Source: Eledone cirrhosa
Lineage: Eukaryota
Assembly: GCA_964016885.1 (NCBI GenBank)
Contig: OZ024743.1
Coordinates: 98,580,001-98,644,000, forward strand
DNA: 64,000 nt
Direction: 5' to 3'
The first letter of the stretch is position 1. Each line of letters starts with the position of its first letter. Made by a program: the position numbers and the translations under genes. Below the pieces are notes generated by a model. The model was given only the letters and a program-made list of their open reading frames with translations, made no database searches and was not told the DNA's origin. This document shows, piece after piece, positions 61,901-64,000 of the stretch.

Positions 61901-64000
61901 GTCTTGGGCTGAGAGTGTGCCAAGTAGTAACATCATACAGTGTCTTGAGCTGAGAGTGTTCCAAGTAGTAACATCATACTGTGTCTTGAGCTGAGAGTGT
62001 TCCTGGGAGTAACATCATACAGTGTCTTGAGGTGAGAGTGTTCCAAGGGGTAACATCATACAGTGTCTTGGGCTGAGAGTGTTCCAGGAAGTAACATCAT
62101 ACAGTGTCTTGAGGTGAGAGTGTTTCAAGGAGTAACATACAGTGTCTTGAGCTGAGAGTGTTCCAGGGAGTAACATCATACAGTGTCTTGGGCTGAGAGT
62201 GTTCCAGGGAGTAACATCATACAGTGTCTTGAGGTGAGAGTGTTTCAAGGAGTAACATACAGTGTCTTGAGCTGAGAGTGTTCCAGGGTGTAACATCATA
62301 CAGTGTCTTGAGCTGAGAGTGTTCCAGGGAGTAACATCATACAGTGTCTTGAGGTGAGAGTGTTCCAGGGAGTAACATCATACAGTGTCTTGAGCTGAGA
62401 GTGTTCCAGGGAGTAACATCATACAGTGTCTTGAGGTGAGAGTGTTCCAGGGAGTAACATCATACTGTGTCTTGGGCTGAGAGTGTTCCAGGGAGTAACA
62501 TCATACAGTGTCTTGAGGTGAGAGTGTTTCAAGGAGTAACATACAGTGTCTTGAGCTGAGAGTGTTCCAGGGAGTAACATCATACAGTGTCTTGAGCTGA
62601 GAGTGTTCCAAGGAGTAACATCATAAGTGTCTTGGGCTGAGAGTGTTCCAAGGAGTAACATCATACAATGTCTTGAGCTGAGAGTGTTCCAGGGTGTAAC
62701 ATCATACAGTGCCTTGAGCTGAGAGTGTTCCAGGGAGTAACATCATACAGTGTCTTGATGTGAGAGTGTTCCAAGTAGTAACATCATACAGTGTCTTGAG
62801 GTGAGAGTGTTCCAGGGAGTAACATCATACAGTGTCTTGGGCCGAGAGTGTTCCAAGGAGTAACATCATACAATGTCTTGAGCTGAGAGTGTTCCAGGGT
62901 GTAACATCATACAGTGTCTTGGGCTGAGAGTGTTCCACGGATTAACATCATGCAGTGTCTTGAGCTGAGAGTGTTCCAGGGAGTAACATCATACAGTGCC
63001 TTGAGCTGAGAGTGTTCCAGGGAGTAACATCATACAGTGTCTTGATGTGAGAGTGTTCCAAGTAGTAACATCATACAATGTTTTGAGCTGAGAGTGTTCC
63101 AAGGAGTAACATCATACAGTGTCTTGAGGTCAGAGTGTTCCAAGGAGTAACATCATACAGTGTCTTGAGCTGAGAGTGTTCCAGGGAGTAACATCAAACT
63201 GTGTCTTGAGGTGAAAGTGTTCCAGGGAGTAACATCATACAGTGTCTTGGGCTGAGAGTGTGCCAAGTAGTAACATCATACAGTGTCTTGAGCTGAGAGT
63301 GTTCCAAGGAGTAACATCATACTGTGTCTTGAGCTGAGAGTGTTCCAGGGAGTAACATCATACAGTGTCTTGAGGTGAGAGTGTTCCAGGGAGTAACATC
63401 ATACAGTGTCTTGGGCTGAGAGTGTGCCAAGTAGTAACATCATACAGTGTCTTGAGCTGAGAGTGTTCCAAGGAGTAACATCATACTGTGTCTTGAGCTG
63501 AGAGTGTTCCTGGGAGTAACATCATACAGTGTCTTGAGGTGAGAGTGTTCCAAGGGGTAACATCATACAGTGTCTTGGGCTGAGAGTGTTCCAGGGAGTA
63601 ACATCATACAGTGTCTTGAGGTGAGAGTGTTTCAAGGAGTAACATACAGTGTCTTGAGCTGAGAGTGTTCCAGGGAGTAACATCATACAGTGTCTTGGGC
63701 TGAGAGTGTTCCAGGGAGTAACATCATACAGTGTCTTGAGGTGAGAGTGTTTCAAGGAGTAACATACAGTGTCTTGAGCTGAGAGTGTTCCAGGGAGTAA
63801 CATCATACAGTGTCTTGAGCTGAGAGTGTTCCAGGGAGTAACATCATACAGTGTCTTGAGGTGAGAGTGTTCCAGGGAGTAACATCATACAGTGTCTTGA
63901 GCTGAGAGTGTTCCAGGGAGTAACATCATACAGTGTCTTGAGGTGAGAGTGTTCCAGGGAGTAACATCATACTGTGTCTTGGGCTGAGAGTGTTCCAGGG
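22990..64000 (+). repeat. Large 41-bp satellite array (~1000 monomers, runs off the window); consensus CTTGAGCTGAGAGTGTTCCAGGGAGTAACATCATACAGTGT
   Basis: Uninterrupted head-to-tail monomers with recurring variants: GAGCT/GGGCT/GAGGT/GATGT; CAGGGAG/CAAGGAG/CAAGTAG/CATGGAG; a 38-bp CAT-deletion form; and a 39-bp GAGGTGAGT form. Confidence 0.98.

Noticed and set aside
23678-63806. Dozens of minus-strand ORFs (MMLLPGTLSAQDTV...)
   Set aside because: They are translations of the 41/38-bp satellite. The frame rotates every monomer and ORFs extend only where a 38-bp variant skips the TGA.
22990-64000. CRISPR array or repeat-spacer system
   Set aside because: Monomers are contiguous with no unique spacers, there are no cas genes, and the context is eukaryotic.

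Overview
Eukaryotic, AT-rich and repeat-dense DNA. The SINE and RTE families suggest an octopod/cephalopod genome (inference). The left end holds the first two coding exons of a minus-strand MSH2 gene (MAVQSSKELQLDGIQEQGFISFFRNLPK...), which the ORF track misses because of splicing, plus a compact promoter with E2F, ETS and CRE-like motifs. Positions ~1.5-23 kb are a mosaic of retroelements, MITEs and microsatellites: three CRE-clade fragments, CR1-like tails, a young 5'-truncated RTE LINE with a PHD-like finger nested in a CR1 tail, an RTE copy with a twin-priming-like inversion, and many tRNA-derived SINEs. The same region has a 260-bp perfect inverted repeat carrying a minimal hammerhead ribozyme on each strand (Penelope-like pLTR), and a hairpin whose mismatches are strongly G-U biased. 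From ~22990 to the window end lies a >41-kb satellite of ~1000 41-bp monomers. It has 38-bp variants, a 120-bp trimer, a recurrent 15-nt micro-inversion and nested multi-kb duplications (offsets 1507, 2447, 3957, 7047, 12290 and 18708 bp). An unrelated 41-bp minisatellite sits ~730 bp upstream of it. All ORFs inside the satellite are treated as artefacts. All identifications were made by eye, without database searches.
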